Assembly (NCBI GenBank): GCA_032718475.1
Contig: JAUCBJ010007945.1
Location: 119,706-183,705 of the forward strand
Reading direction: 5' to 3'
DNA: 64,000 nucleotides
Source: Nemertoderma westbladi
Lineage: Eukaryota; Animalia; Xenacoelomorpha
Position numbers and translations under genes: made by a program. Numbering within the stretch: position 1 is the first letter of the stretch; the number at the start of each line of letters is the position of its first letter. Of this stretch, positions 1 through 11,213 are shown piece after piece. Under the pieces are notes generated by a model. It did not search any database. It was not told where the DNA came from and worked only from the letters and a program-made list of their open reading frames with translations.

Positions 1-8
1 ACACCCAC

Positions 9-497
9 ATGGTCACTGAGGACGTCTTACGGACAGTACTTGCGAAGTGCGAGGGGATCATTAATAGCAGACCGCTATATCCGGAGAATGATGACCCTGA
101 GTCATTAGACGTGCTGACGCCTAGCCATTTCCTGATGGAAAGGCCAGCGACCATCGATATGCGGGGTGTAGACCCAGATGAAAGTTGGAAAGTCGCTAAA
201 GCAATAAGCGCAGAGTATTGGAGGAGGTGGGTCGAGGAATACCTACCCACACTCCATAAAAGGAGTAAGTGGAGGAAGCCAAATAGGGAGTTAAGAGAGG
301 GAGATCTCGTAATCGTTACGGATGATACTATCATCAACAACCAATGGCGGTTGGCGAGAGTTGTAGGCACTTACTCCGACGAGGATGGAAGAGTCCGATC
401 GGTAGAAGTGCGGATAGGTGGTAAGATAGGTGCGAAGGACAGAAAAACCTACAGGAGAGCTGTAGGGAAATTCTGTCTGCTAGAAGGAGCACCTTAG
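9..497 (+). CDS. pol: Pol C-terminus (end of integrase and BEL/Pao C-terminal domain), partial
   Basis: INSRPL...LTPSHFL...YWRRWVEEYLPTLHKRSKW...GDLVIV...WRLARVV...DGRVRSVEV is typical of BEL/Pao. There is a 15-nt in-frame deletion relative to A2. Confidence 0.93.
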   Translation: MVTEDVLRTVLAKCEGIINSRPLYPENDDPESLDVLTPSHFLMERPATIDMRGVDPDESWKVAKAISAEYWRRWVEEYLPTLHKRSKWRKPNRELREGDLVIVTDDTIINNQWRLARVVGTYSDEDGRVRSVEVRIGGKIGAKDRKTYRRAVGKFCLLEGAP

Positions 498-641
498 TGG
501 AATTAGAGAAGAGTTTAGTCGTCCAAGATTTGGACTGAGGGGGGTGGGATTGAGGGCGAGACGCCCTTCCCACGCAAGAAAAAATGGAAAATAATAATAA
601 AATAAATAAGTACATAGTAGGTACGCAGTTAGTAGGCAGAA

Positions 642-1354
642 GTTAGTTAAGAGGTACGTAGTACCTAGTTAGTTAGTTAGAGTTAGAGGGTACGTAAGTA
701 CCGCTAGTTAGTTAGAGTTAGAGGGTACGTAGTACCGCTAGTTAGTTAGAGAGTTAGAGGGTACGTAAGTACCGCTAGTTAGTTAGAGTTAGAGGGTACG
801 TAGTACCGCTAGTTAGTTAGAGAGTTAGAGGGTATGTAAGTACCGCTAGTTAGTTAGAGTTAGAGGGTACATAGTACCGCTAGTTAGTTAGAGAGTTAGA
901 GGGTACGTAAGTACCGCTAGTTAGTTAGAGTTAGAGGGTACGTAAGTACCACTAGTTAGTTAGAGTTAGAGGGTACGTAGTACCGCTAGTTAGTTAGAGA
1001 GTTAGAGGGTACGTAAGTACCGCTAGTTAGTTAGAGAGTTAGAGGGTACGTAAGTACCGCTAGTTAGTTAGAGTTAGAGGGTACGTAAGTACCGCTAGTT
1101 AGTTAGAGTTAGAGGGTACGTAGTACCGCTAGTTAGTTAGAGAGTTAGAGGGTACGTAAGTACCGTTAGTTAGTTAGAGAGTTAGAGGGTACGTAAGTAC
1201 CGCTGTTAGTTAGAGTTAGAGGGTACGTAGTACCGCTAGTTAGTTAGAGAGTTAGGGGGTACGTAGTACCGTTAGTTAGAGGAGAGTTAGAGGGTACGTA
1301 GTACCGTTAGTTAATTGGAATTAGAGTTAGAGGGTACGTAGTACCGTTAGTTAG
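642..1354 (+). repeat. Tandem repeat of ~32-35 bp (GTTAGTTAGAGTTAGAGGGTACGTA(A)GTACCGCTA), about 20 units
   Basis: Directly visible; each unit carries the hairpin GGTAC-GTA(A)-GTACC. Confidence 0.97.
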
Positions 1355-1843
1355 AAGAGAGAGAGTAAGAGGTAAAAGGGGTATATAAGATATAGATATT
1401 AGTTAGCAGTTAGTAGCGAGAGGGGGGCATGTGAGTACAGCTGGGTAAATCGTGTGGCCACACGACGCATACTGCTGTACTACATAGGCCCACAGAGTAG
1501 GCCAGAATGTGGATTAGAGAATAGAATAATCCATAGGCAGTAGTAAGTAGTAGGACAGTAGAATCAAAATTAAATAGATAAATAAATAGAATAGGGCTGA
1601 AAGTTACAAATAATGGCAACACAAGGAAAGTTATTCTAGAACATAATAAAAGTAACGGACAGAAATCGTAAATTACGCTCATTTACTAGCTTCAAAATTA
1701 ATTAGTAATAATTTAGGCTAAAAGGCGCAGTTAAGTAAGAAATAGGCCATTATCGGACCGTACAGAACATCCTAGATTCATCACTCATCTGTATTGCGCC
1801 TTGGTAAGGCACCACCTTGCAGGTGAGCGAGTGAGTGTTCGGA

Positions 1844-4390
1844 ATGGCGAGCAAGTTGATCAGAAAGAGAAAGGCGGAGTCAGGAGGAAAGGAGATACTG
1901 GTGGATTTCACCGAGAGGCATCCGGAAGAGAAGACGAGAGGATATTACGAGAGGTTGGAAAGGGGTCACGCGGCACGAGCGCTGCAGGATCACTTCCGGG
2001 AGATGAACGAACAGTGGCTGGTCGGGACCTATGGGACGCCGTCGCTGGACAACGCGATCTTCCAACACTTCCACTACGTGGTGAAAGGGGACGAGGCGAA
2101 GTTCGGGATTCCGAAGTACCCAAGGGAATCACCGAGGAAGGACTGGAAGAGATTCATAGAATCCGTCAACAGAGGAGGATATATGATCCTAGACGATGAG
2201 GGAACCGTGGAAGACGAGGCGGGTTCGAGACGAGGAACGGCGGGGTCGGCCAGGACCATACTCCTACATTTGGCCGCGCCAAATGGGGACATCTTCTTAT
2301 TCGATCTAGGAATGTATGGGAAGAAGGACGGGCCGAAATTAAACCGGTTACCGAAAGCGGTACAAGTCTTGGTAAGAGAGAAGTCGACGACGAAAGTGGG
2401 ATCGGCGATTCGCGAGGATGCGGAGAGAATCGTCGGTCCGGACGCCACCAACCTCCTGGATATGCTGAAGGTCTTTATGGCTATGACGGCACCGGATGGG
2501 TTGGGGGTAGTCGAAAACACAGGCCAATGCGGGGCGGTGGCAATGGGCCAATTATTGGGGCTCGTGTGCCACAAACCGATGGATTGGGGGAAGTTTAGGG
2601 AAGAATACGGAGCAGAACTAGCGAACTCGCTAAAGTGGGGAGCGAGACCGGGAAAGCAGGAGGTATATCAATTCCGCAGGGGAGCGATAAAGGTATATCA
2701 GAAGCGATATATCCTGCAGGAGGACTGGATGATGACAAGTTTGCTTAACTTATTCATGACCGTGGTTATCGAGAGGGAACCAGGGGCATTTCTGTTATCG
2801 GGATCACCCCTAAGCTACAGGAGAGCCTTTAAAGTGGCCTTCGACGGTCTGGTAGACCACCCGGGGCTGAAGGGCGAGTCGGTGTACTACAACAGCCGGC
2901 ATCTGGTAGACGGGGAGACAGATACACCGTATCAGAGATGGGAGCAGCTAGAAACGGATAGACGAGAAGCAAAGCGACTAGAGGAAGTCGCCAGACGGGA
3001 GAGGATAGAAGCAGAGGAGAGGGAAGAGGAGGCCAGGACACAGAGTTACGGCTTCGAGGAACAGGCAGGCCTAGACGAACTTCATTGGACTTCATCAGGG
3101 AGTTCGGGGGAGCTTCTAGGGCGAGAACTGGGATGGACGGTGGGATCACCGAAACAGTCGATGTCGGGGTTGCAAACGATGCCCATACCAGCGGGCGCCG
3201 AAGGCGACCAACCGCCAAGGAAGTTAAGGGAGTTAGAGGGATGGAGAGCTACGGGCGAGAGCCAAGGCGGGAAGGGACATAGTGGATCCATCGGGATACC
3301 GGGGTTGGAGTCACTGCCAGAGGAGGAGGACGACGACGACGAGTTTGGAGAGATGCCGCCCATCGAGAGGATAGGCCACTCGGACACGGACTGGGTTGGC
3401 GGGAGGGTGGTGACGACCAGTGGGGCGAGAGCCTTCTGGGACAAACCCGGCAAGCGGGCCTGGGTGCACAAGGAGCCGGCGATGGATTTCGCGGGGAGCA
3501 CTATCAGGTTGGGCAGGCAACCGGGGACGGCACCACGGGTAGTATTCGGGGAGACGATGCCCAAGAGGGGCGGAGAGATCGACGTAGACAGAGATGCTAA
3601 CGTGGAGAAATTCGCCTATCAGCGACTCCACAGACCGCGGAGATTGCTTGGGATGAAAGACGACGTGGGGCGGGAGACATTGGTACTCGGTTGCGGCTAC
3701 TGTGGGAGACAGACCCACCAGGAAAGGAGCTGCTTGTACCGGTTCCAGAAGGGAACCTTTTGTCTCTACTGCCGAGAGCCAAGCCACAGGATGGGGGCGT
3801 GTCCACGGTTGCATAACCGATGTCCAAAGTGCCACTTTCGGGGACACTACGGACGCGAGTGCGACTGGATGAACGACGAGGAGAAGTTCACAAGATTCGA
3901 GGAGTGGGCCGACGTCGGGGCCATGACGCGTCAGCACATGAAGGCCCAGGAGTTCAAGTGGGGTTTCTTCCTTATCAATCAGGAGACTCACATGGAAATC
4001 ATAAAGCGGAGGCTACTGTTTACCTACCAAGAGGTAGCAACGGCGGCGTCGTACGCCGGAGTGATGAACACGCAAAGATATTTGGACAGGTGGACGCCAC
4101 AGAACCGAAGGGAGTTTAGGGATTTCTTGGCGGAGCATGTACCGCAAGCAATGAAAATGATCCTATGGGACGCCACCAGAGGGAGACAACCGGGCCACTC
4201 TGAGGGGCCACCGGCGAAGCGATATCGGGCACTAATAACACCAGCGCCCAAGGAGCCAACGACCGGGATCAGCAGGGAGGTGGCGGCGAAGGTCCGAAAG
4301 CAGAAAGCGGATCCCAGAGGAACGGTGGTAACCAAGAAACGACCCAGGGAAGAGGACGCCAGGGGGAACTATCCCCAGAGGAACAGATAG
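1844..4390 (+). CDS. Accessory ORF of A1 (848 aa): DEDDy-like 3'-5' exonuclease domain, acidic linker, three CCHC zinc knuckles
   Basis: Exonuclease-like motifs: YMILDDEG, LLHLAAPNGDIFLFD, LPKAVQVLVREKSTTKVGSAIRED, LLDML, YQKRYILQED. Knuckles: CGYCGRQTHQERSC, CLYCREPSHRMGAC, CPKCHFRGHYGREC. The ORF is also intact in A2. Confidence 0.85.
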   Translation: MASKLIRKRKAESGGKEILVDFTERHPEEKTRGYYERLERGHAARALQDHFREMNEQWLVGTYGTPSLDNAIFQHFHYVVKGDEAKFGIPKYPRESPRKDWKRFIESVNRGGYMILDDEGTVEDEAGSRRGTAGSARTILLHLAAPNGDIFLFDLGMYGKKDGPKLNRLPKAVQVLVREKSTTKVGSAIREDAERIVGPDATNLLDMLKVFMAMTAPDGLGVVENTGQCGAVAMGQLLGLVCHKPMDWGKFREEYGAELANSLKWGARPGKQEVYQFRRGAIKVYQKRYILQEDWMMTSLLNLFMTVVIEREPGAFLLSGSPLSYRRAFKVAFDGLVDHPGLKGESVYYNSRHLVDGETDTPYQRWEQLETDRREAKRLEEVARRERIEAEEREEEARTQSYGFEEQAGLDELHWTSSGSSGELLGRELGWTVGSPKQSMSGLQTMPIPAGAEGDQPPRKLRELEGWRATGESQGGKGHSGSIGIPGLESLPEEEDDDDEFGEMPPIERIGHSDTDWVGGRVVTTSGARAFWDKPGKRAWVHKEPAMDFAGSTIRLGRQPGTAPRVVFGETMPKRGGEIDVDRDANVEKFAYQRLHRPRRLLGMKDDVGRETLVLGCGYCGRQTHQERSCLYRFQKGTFCLYCREPSHRMGACPRLHNRCPKCHFRGHYGRECDWMNDEEKFTRFEEWADVGAMTRQHMKAQEFKWGFFLINQETHMEIIKRRLLFTYQEVATAASYAGVMNTQRYLDRWTPQNRREFRDFLAEHVPQAMKMILWDATRGRQPGHSEGPPAKRYRALITPAPKEPTTGISREVAAKVRKQKADPRGTVVTKKRPREEDARGNYPQRNR

Positions 4391-5093
4391 GTTCCCAGAG
4401 TCGAGGGAGAGAGACTGGGACTTGGACGTGGTACGCCTGGAAGGCGCCGCGTGAGACGTACGAACTATTAAGTACAAATCTAATTAATGCAAATAATCAT
4501 ATAAGTGCAATTTGTATGTACGTACGTAGTAATTAGTAATCTACAAATATACGTTCGGAGTAAGTACTATAGTCATACAACCTTTCTCAATTAGCTACTG
4601 GGACTGGGGGATAACTGACTATGGCACTATGGACGAGACACCAGACAATTTCACACTTCTTGAGTGCGACGGCACAAGAGGGGGGGGGAGATTCGTCAGG
4701 AGGAATGAGGTAGTCAAAGTGGGGTTGAGGGACGGAGTAATAGAGCGAAGTGCAGAGAGAGTGCGGACGCAATTCTAGTGTGGGGGGGGGGGGAGAATAA
4801 GAGGCTGAGTGAGGGACGAGGAGGTCCGAGTGTATGAGAGAGTTAGGATGAGAGTGAAGAAGAGATAGGGCGGAAGTGTTGGGGAAACAAAAGTTGCGTG
4901 AGAGGTGAACGCGATCGGCCCGACATGAGACGCCAGGCACACAGGGTAGCGTTATCATACCCATAGGGAGCGGCCTGGAAAGCCGGCTCCGAGAGAAAAG
5001 AATTCCACCCCACACCCGATACTAGATCGGGATCCAGCGGGATTGTAGCGCACTTTTTTGGTTGATGCTATCTTCTTACCGGGAAGATAGCAT

Positions 5094-5102
5094 GGGGGGG
5101 AG
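5094..5102 (+). promoter_or_regulatory. Putative polypurine tract of A1
   Basis: GGGGGGGAG immediately before TGTTAG, also present in A2; other G-runs lie upstream, so the assignment is tentative. Confidence 0.5.
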
Positions 5103-5627
5103 TGTTAGCTTATTCAATCCCGCTAACACCCCATAAAGTTAAGCCGATAAGCAATATTGGGAGCCATGAGATTGGGTAATCATTCACTCGTGCCACCCCA
5201 ATAAGAATGGGAAGGAGAAGCACACAATGAGGGTCAGGGGCCAAACCCCTAACCCAGAGAGAACAGGTGGAGTGAACGGGAACACTCCAAAGGGCGCCAA
5301 CAAGGGTATCAACCAATCAGAGGGGGGAAAGGCATCAATTAGGTAGAGTAACAAGGCCAACCGTGCAATATAGCCACTTGGCAGTAATCATATCAGTTCA
5401 GTTATCTCAGTGCAATACTGGTGCTAGTTTAGGTTAGATAGTTTAGCTAGGGAAGGACCGGGACTTTAGTTACCGTATCCCGCCTTCCGTGTACAACAAT
5501 CTATATCTATATCTCTATACCGATCATTATATACAACGAACGACACGAACCCATTTACTCTTCACACACGGCGGGGACGCGTGAACTAACAACGGATAAA
5601 CCGGGATCCCTCCTGGATCCCGTCACA
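5103..5627 (+). repeat. Family A LTR (3' end firm, 5' boundary tentative)
   Basis: TG...CA ends after a PPT-like tract; homologous to 57809-58346; terminal hairpin CGGGATCC-N5-GGATCCCG. Confidence 0.65.
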
Positions 5628-6042
5628 ACCGGATTTAGATATTTTATTGAGAACATACTGGACATGTTGGCGAAATGTTAGTTTACTGTCTATGTGTAGG
5701 CCTAAGTACTTGGAAACTGAAACTTGTTTAATTTGTTTGCCATCAATATGAATTGGGTTTAACTGTCTGAAGTTGCCGTGGAGATTGGAAAAAATTGTAT
5801 ATTCTGTTTTTTTGAGGTTGATTGTTAATTTATTTATTTAAATTTATTTAAATGACTCAGGCGACCCTAACACAGAACACAGTATATCCTACCCAAGGAC
5901 ACTGGAAGAAGTAACAAACCCAAGAAATTACCACGTATGGCAACATGTTAGGACAGGCAACCCCCTGAACCAATCGTACCAGAACAGAAAAAACAACCGA
6001 ATAGCGCCAACTGAAACCTCAAATACCTACAACGAACTAGAC

Positions 6043-6843
6043 ATGGACAGCAAGATGGCCACCCTTCTAGAGAAACAAAATGACTTAATAGACGCAATCA
6101 GTACCAACAACAACTACAAAAGTACAAACCATCAGGCCATGATAAACACCAAACCCCTCAAGGTTGCCAACACCGACGTCAACAACACCAAACCCAAACC
6201 AAATAACACCAGATCACCCGCAATTCACACGCATGGGAACAAAGAAAGACGAAAAAACACTAGCGAAGCAATAAAGACGATTGTAGTACTAGGCCTACCA
6301 GCAAACAGCAGCTCAGTTACCCTGTCACTATTTTGCTACAAGCAGACAGGCATACAACCTATACACGTATGGGTAAAAGGGAAAAAATTCAACCCAAAAT
6401 CGGCAATAGTAACAATAAACGCTAGTAACTATCCAATTTTCATGGACAAAAGTATGTGGCCAGGTGAGAACCCCACAACCCACGATTACATCGAACCCAT
6501 CAGCAATAGAAACAATCACTACCCTAGGTCAGAAACATCCAACAGTCATCAACACAACAATCCCCACAACAACATAAACAGTAGCAGTGACTACGATGAC
6601 AGAAGAAGAACCGACCTTCCAAGACATACCAGCAACCGCCAACAAGACCGCTACTACTACAAATCCAACAACCATGACATTCCTAGACAAGACAAGTATG
6701 TGTCCATCAATCAAACTCAACCATTACACTGGGACAACCAGACGCGAAACTACCAACGACACACTGCTAACTATAACAAGAAGACCCACTACAACAACAA
6801 AAACCACAGTCGGTATAATAACGAAAAATACCGCTGCTTTTAA
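6043..6843 (+). CDS. LINE-alpha ORF1 (possibly 5'-incomplete)
   Basis: Lies upstream of the APE ORF; RRM-like segment TIVVLGLP...SAIVTI...MWP; N/H/R-rich tail. Confidence 0.65.
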   Translation: MDSKMATLLEKQNDLIDAISTNNNYKSTNHQAMINTKPLKVANTDVNNTKPKPNNTRSPAIHTHGNKERRKNTSEAIKTIVVLGLPANSSSVTLSLFCYKQTGIQPIHVWVKGKKFNPKSAIVTINASNYPIFMDKSMWPGENPTTHDYIEPISNRNNHYPRSETSNSHQHNNPHNNINSSSDYDDRRRTDLPRHTSNRQQDRYYYKSNNHDIPRQDKYVSINQTQPLHWDNQTRNYQRHTANYNKKTHYNNKNHSRYNNEKYRCF

Positions 6844-6943
6844 ATCGACTCCTTTTATTCCAAACCGCCCAAAAACCTTAAGTGAGTACATCGACCGTCT
6901 GGATCCCGCCCGAAAATCCCATAATGGCCATGACAAACCACAA

Positions 6944-8830
6944 ATGACGACAGGAACGACAGCGCGAGAAACAAAGAATATGGACAACTTACCTGTAAAA
7001 TCACTGAAAGTAATAACCTACAACTGCCAAGGCTACAGCAGAAACCGACACTACATTAACATGCTACTAAGCACGGAACACCCCGACATATTGATACACC
7101 AGGAGCACTGGCTTGGGCATAGAGAAACAACCTTTAATTTCGGTAAAACGCAAATGAACAAAAAATACTCATGTAAACCAGGTCAATATACCATTGCCAT
7201 CGGGATGGACAACGGCAAACCACGAGTTAGAGGTGAAGGTGGTGTTGCTTTTCTCACTAGGAACGACATCGCACCTTTCTGTACGTCTTTGGAAACCAAC
7301 TCTGATCGAATTGTAGCCATGACCTTAGACAACATGTATGACAGCAACATAACAGTAGTAGGACTGTACATGCCATACAACAGCGGAGAGACATATAGCG
7401 AAATGAACTACATACAGGAATGCGGCAAACTATCATCACTACTCGACGACGCTAAGCAAAATGGAAACGAGCTCCTGGTAGCAGGCGACATCAATGGAAT
7501 CCTCCCACACCACAATCAATCAAATAAGAAATCCTTCGGCAAGTTGTTCACCGACAATATCACAGAACCGTTTCAGTTACAAACCACAAACAACGCACCA
7601 ATAACCACAGGTGGACATGCAAGCTTTTTCTTTAGATCAAAGAACAAGACCATCCTGCGAGAGTCACTGATAGACTACATCACTAACACCACGGGCATAG
7701 GAAACGGGCTTTCTACAACCCATACCTACAAACCAACCTTCGACAACATATCAGATCATACACCAATTATGTCCACGTACAAACTACCAGCATACACCGA
7801 CAACCAACATCTACCACTACCCTCTAAACTCAGCAAATGCCGTGTTTTCCTATTTAACAAGGCAACAGATGAGGAAAAGAAACAATACAAGAAGCAAATT
7901 GAACGGGCCCTTCAAAATATCAACAACGCAAACAATATAGACAATTCCACAACAACAAACCAGATGGCGGATATCATCACAAACATAATACTAACTACAG
8001 GCCGCAAAATCCCACATTCCTTCAATAGTGCCAAAAAAACTAAACAAATGGAAAAGAAGATGGAAGGACACTTCAAAACCACCACAGGAAAACACAGCAG
8101 ACGCCAACGCAAATAGAAAATCCCTACAAAGCCTTCAGCAGAGACGAAGCTGCAAAAGACTGGCCCATGAGGCATACAAGCAACACATCCTAAGCTTAGC
8201 TGAAAACTGCAAATTGTCACCCGAAAAATTCTGGAACACCTTAACAGATGAGGAACAACAGTCATCTGACATAGCCAACACAAACTCCGACAACATATAT
8301 CGCCACTATAAAGCCTTCTTCGAATCAGAGCGAAACAACAGAGAGGAAATAGACACAAACACACAACTACGCACACAAAACGCTAGTGAGCCCATCCAAA
8401 AGATCACCCCCCACCAGGTCGACGAAGCAATAAAATCTCTCAACAAACGTAAATCGGCCGACATCAACAACCTATCTGCCGAACACCTCCTACACGGCAG
8501 AACAGTACCACTACTCACCCAATTCCTTGCAGACCTATACAACATGATGCAGTTAACCAATACTTTCCCTGACAACCTATGTACAAGTTTACTAATCCCA
8601 CACCTGAAGGGAAATAACCGCAGTAAACATCACTCCGATAGCTACAGAGCGATATCTATTCTCTCCATTCTGGTGAAACTATGGGAAACAATAGTCATGC
8701 CGCAATTCACAAAAGAAAAACCAAGTGACCTCCAGATGGCGTACAAAAAGGGTATCAGTAGTGAAATGACATATTCCATGTCAAACAGGCTCATTAAACG
8801 CTTCACCAATGGCGGATCTACCATTCACAT
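6944..8830 (+). pseudogene. LINE-alpha ORF2, 5' half (AP endonuclease and RT start), frameshift near 8030-8110
   Basis: VITYNCQG, ILIHQEHW, GGVAFL, VGLYMP, VAGDIN, LIDYI, SDHTPI; then YRAISILSILVKLWE and QMAYKKG. Confidence 0.9.
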
Positions 8831-9171
8831 CATCATCAATAGGCACACCGGTCAAGCCGGTTTATAATAAATAAAATTAAGACATTATAAAAATAAGTAT
8901 ACATTTCACATATAACACCAAACCATCCAGCCTATAAAATTAAGACATCAAAAAATAAGTATACATTTCACATATAACACCAAAATGGACGTCGGTCAAT
9001 ATATATATTTTCCTATTACTCAGGGTTAATTGTATACGATCGAGATTCCGTCGGGTGGTGCAACATGCAACCCGTTAATAAGTGGGCCATAAGTCAACAT
9101 TCGTACGTACTTTTACAGCTATTAATGAGTGTCATACGGGACGAGTATTCTAGAGGTACGTTGGATCGGTA

Positions 9172-11154
9172 TCAGTTAATTCCAAAAAACTGTAGGATCC
9201 TTCGTTTTTTAGCAGCAAATGAGGTGTTTTTCAATGCGTAGCAGTCACGGAGAAATTGCGCCGTGAGTATATCAGCTCGTGGGGGTGGTCCTATGTCAAT
9301 CCTCGTTAAGATGTTGGGTGTGGAATATTTGTATGTAAGCAGGGAGTATAGTTTTGGGAGTTGAAATTCGTGTTTAGCCTTATTGTATCCACTGGAAACC
9401 CCACAAAATTGTTTCTTATGATTCAGGTTCGACAAGGCACGGAAGGATCCTTGCAGAGTAACACTGGGACATGTGGCGTATCGGAGAGCCATTGCAGTGC
9501 ATTCCTTAAAAGCCATGACTGAGATTGGTTTGCATCCAGTAAGTGTATAGAGGACGCAGTTAGAAACGTAGGAGCCTGTGTGAATGAGCCCTCTTAGTGA
9601 TTTGCGGTAGTAGGAGTCAAGGCTATCAATTTCAGATGAGGATAATGCACCGATATTGAATCGCGTGCTATATATTATAGAAGGTAACGCTACAGACTTC
9701 CATAGTTTAAAGGTTGTCTCCACGTTCAACCATCTAGTGGTCCAGCCGTTGTTATGAAAAAAGTGGGACATGGATGCGATGGATTTCACGCAGTCTGTGT
9801 ACGCAGTTTTACGGTTAGATATTTTGAACCCAAGGAAGGTTAGAGTGTTTGATTCGGTTATCGTGTTCCCAGCATTGACAAGGGGGTATCTCTCAGTCTT
9901 AGTTAAGTGTGTTCTTCCCCAACACATCCATTTAGATTTACTGTGTTCAATCTCTAGGTTAAGTTGTGCACACTGGTCGGTCACGATAGCCGCCATTCGT
10001 TGTATGTCCTTAAACGAAGTGCTCAAAATTAGGAAGTCGTCGGCGTATGCTAGAGCTCCCAACCAAACATCATTTATCTTACAGCCTAAATTAGCAGCTT
10101 GAAGCGATCCGACAATGGAGGATGTGTAAAAGTTGAAGAACCAACCAGATAGTAGTGACCCCTGTTTAACCCCCCTGAGTACTCTGATACATTCGCTATC
10201 TGAGTCAATAAAGGTGCCGAACTTCAGATAGACTTCGCTGATGGAGTAATAGTGCATGAGCGTCATCAGTATGTGAGGGTTCAGGATTTTTTCAAGTTTA
10301 TTAAAAAGAAGTGAGTGATTGACATTGTCGAATGCTGATGCTAGATCGAGTTGTAGCACATACACAGGTGAGCCGCTACTCTTGTAGTGTTGCAGACATT
10401 CTAGGACTGTTCCAATCACCAGGTCCGTCCCGATTTTCTGCTGGTAGGCGACCTGATTGAGATGTTGTTTACAGTCTGTGTCGATGAGTTCAGAAATTAC
10501 AATTTGTTCGAACACTTTTGCTAAAAGACAAATTATGGACACAGGCCGATACGAGTTTGGATCGGCGTGGCTACGCCGTTTTCCCTTGTACACACTTGCG
10601 ACGATCGTCTTACCGAAGTCAGTGGGGACCTTGTGTAATCGAAAGCACGAGTTGATGATAATGGTAATGAGAGGGCAGATGGCGTCAGGGTTGACATGCA
10701 GAATATGTTCTACTTGTATAGATGCTTAATCAGGTGATTTGCTTGTAGAGAGTGATGCAATCGCTCGTCTCACTGTAAGGGGTGAGATTGACGGTGATAC
10801 AGACCCACTGGACTGGTTGTATAAGCGCGATGACAATTGTTCCATATTCTGTTCATAGTTGCAGGGAGTGGTGAACTTCTTTGTGTAATGTTGTCGGAGC
10901 TTGGTTTGCATGGACAGTGGGATTGTGTTCTTGCTGCTGGGTTTGAACCGTTTCCAAAATGTGCGTTGGTTGTTACGGGAATACGCCCAGCTGTTTGCTT
11001 TATTGGCAACAACATTCTTGGACAACCAGTTTTTCAGACGCCGTGTGTTACGTTTCGATTCCTTGAACTCATTATGAATAGGATCATCTTGTGTTTTACC
11101 TCGCTGCTGCCACATAGTGTATAGGTCCTTTGTCAGTCTGATACGCTGTGTAAG
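9172..11154 (-). pseudogene. LINE-beta ORF2 RT region (in-frame stop at 10726-10728)
   Basis: YRPVSIICLLAKVFE, LDLASAFDNV, GVKQGSLLS, LAYADD, FLG. Confidence 0.92.
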
Positions 11155-11213
11155 AAAACTGTCAGACTGTACTGCTGTACGACTGTACCGCGGATAATAC
11201 AGCTATACCGAAG

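Larger units (their letters stand above)
1..5627 (+). mobile_element. BEL/Pao LTR retrotransposon family A, copy A1 (3' part; 5' part lies upstream of the window)
   Basis: Integrase C-terminus, tandem repeat, accessory ORF and terminal region are colinear with 52788-58346; similarity ends sharply at ...GATCCCGTCACA (5627 and 58346). Confidence 0.93.
5853..8830 (+). mobile_element. Non-LTR retrotransposon LINE-alpha (APE-RT, CR1/L2-like), 5' part; continues at 30826
   Basis: ORF1, APE and first half of RT are present. Reading GGSTIH (8830) into MLAIDLTAAFD (30829+) restores the RT across the CACAT duplication. Confidence 0.9.

Noticed and set aside
642-1354. Telomeric TTAGG array
   Set aside because: Units are TTAG within a ~33-bp repeat at a fixed internal position of both A copies.
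1844-4390. env gene in the third-ORF position
   Set aside because: No signal peptide, transmembrane segment or glycoprotein features; nuclease and CCHC motifs are present instead.
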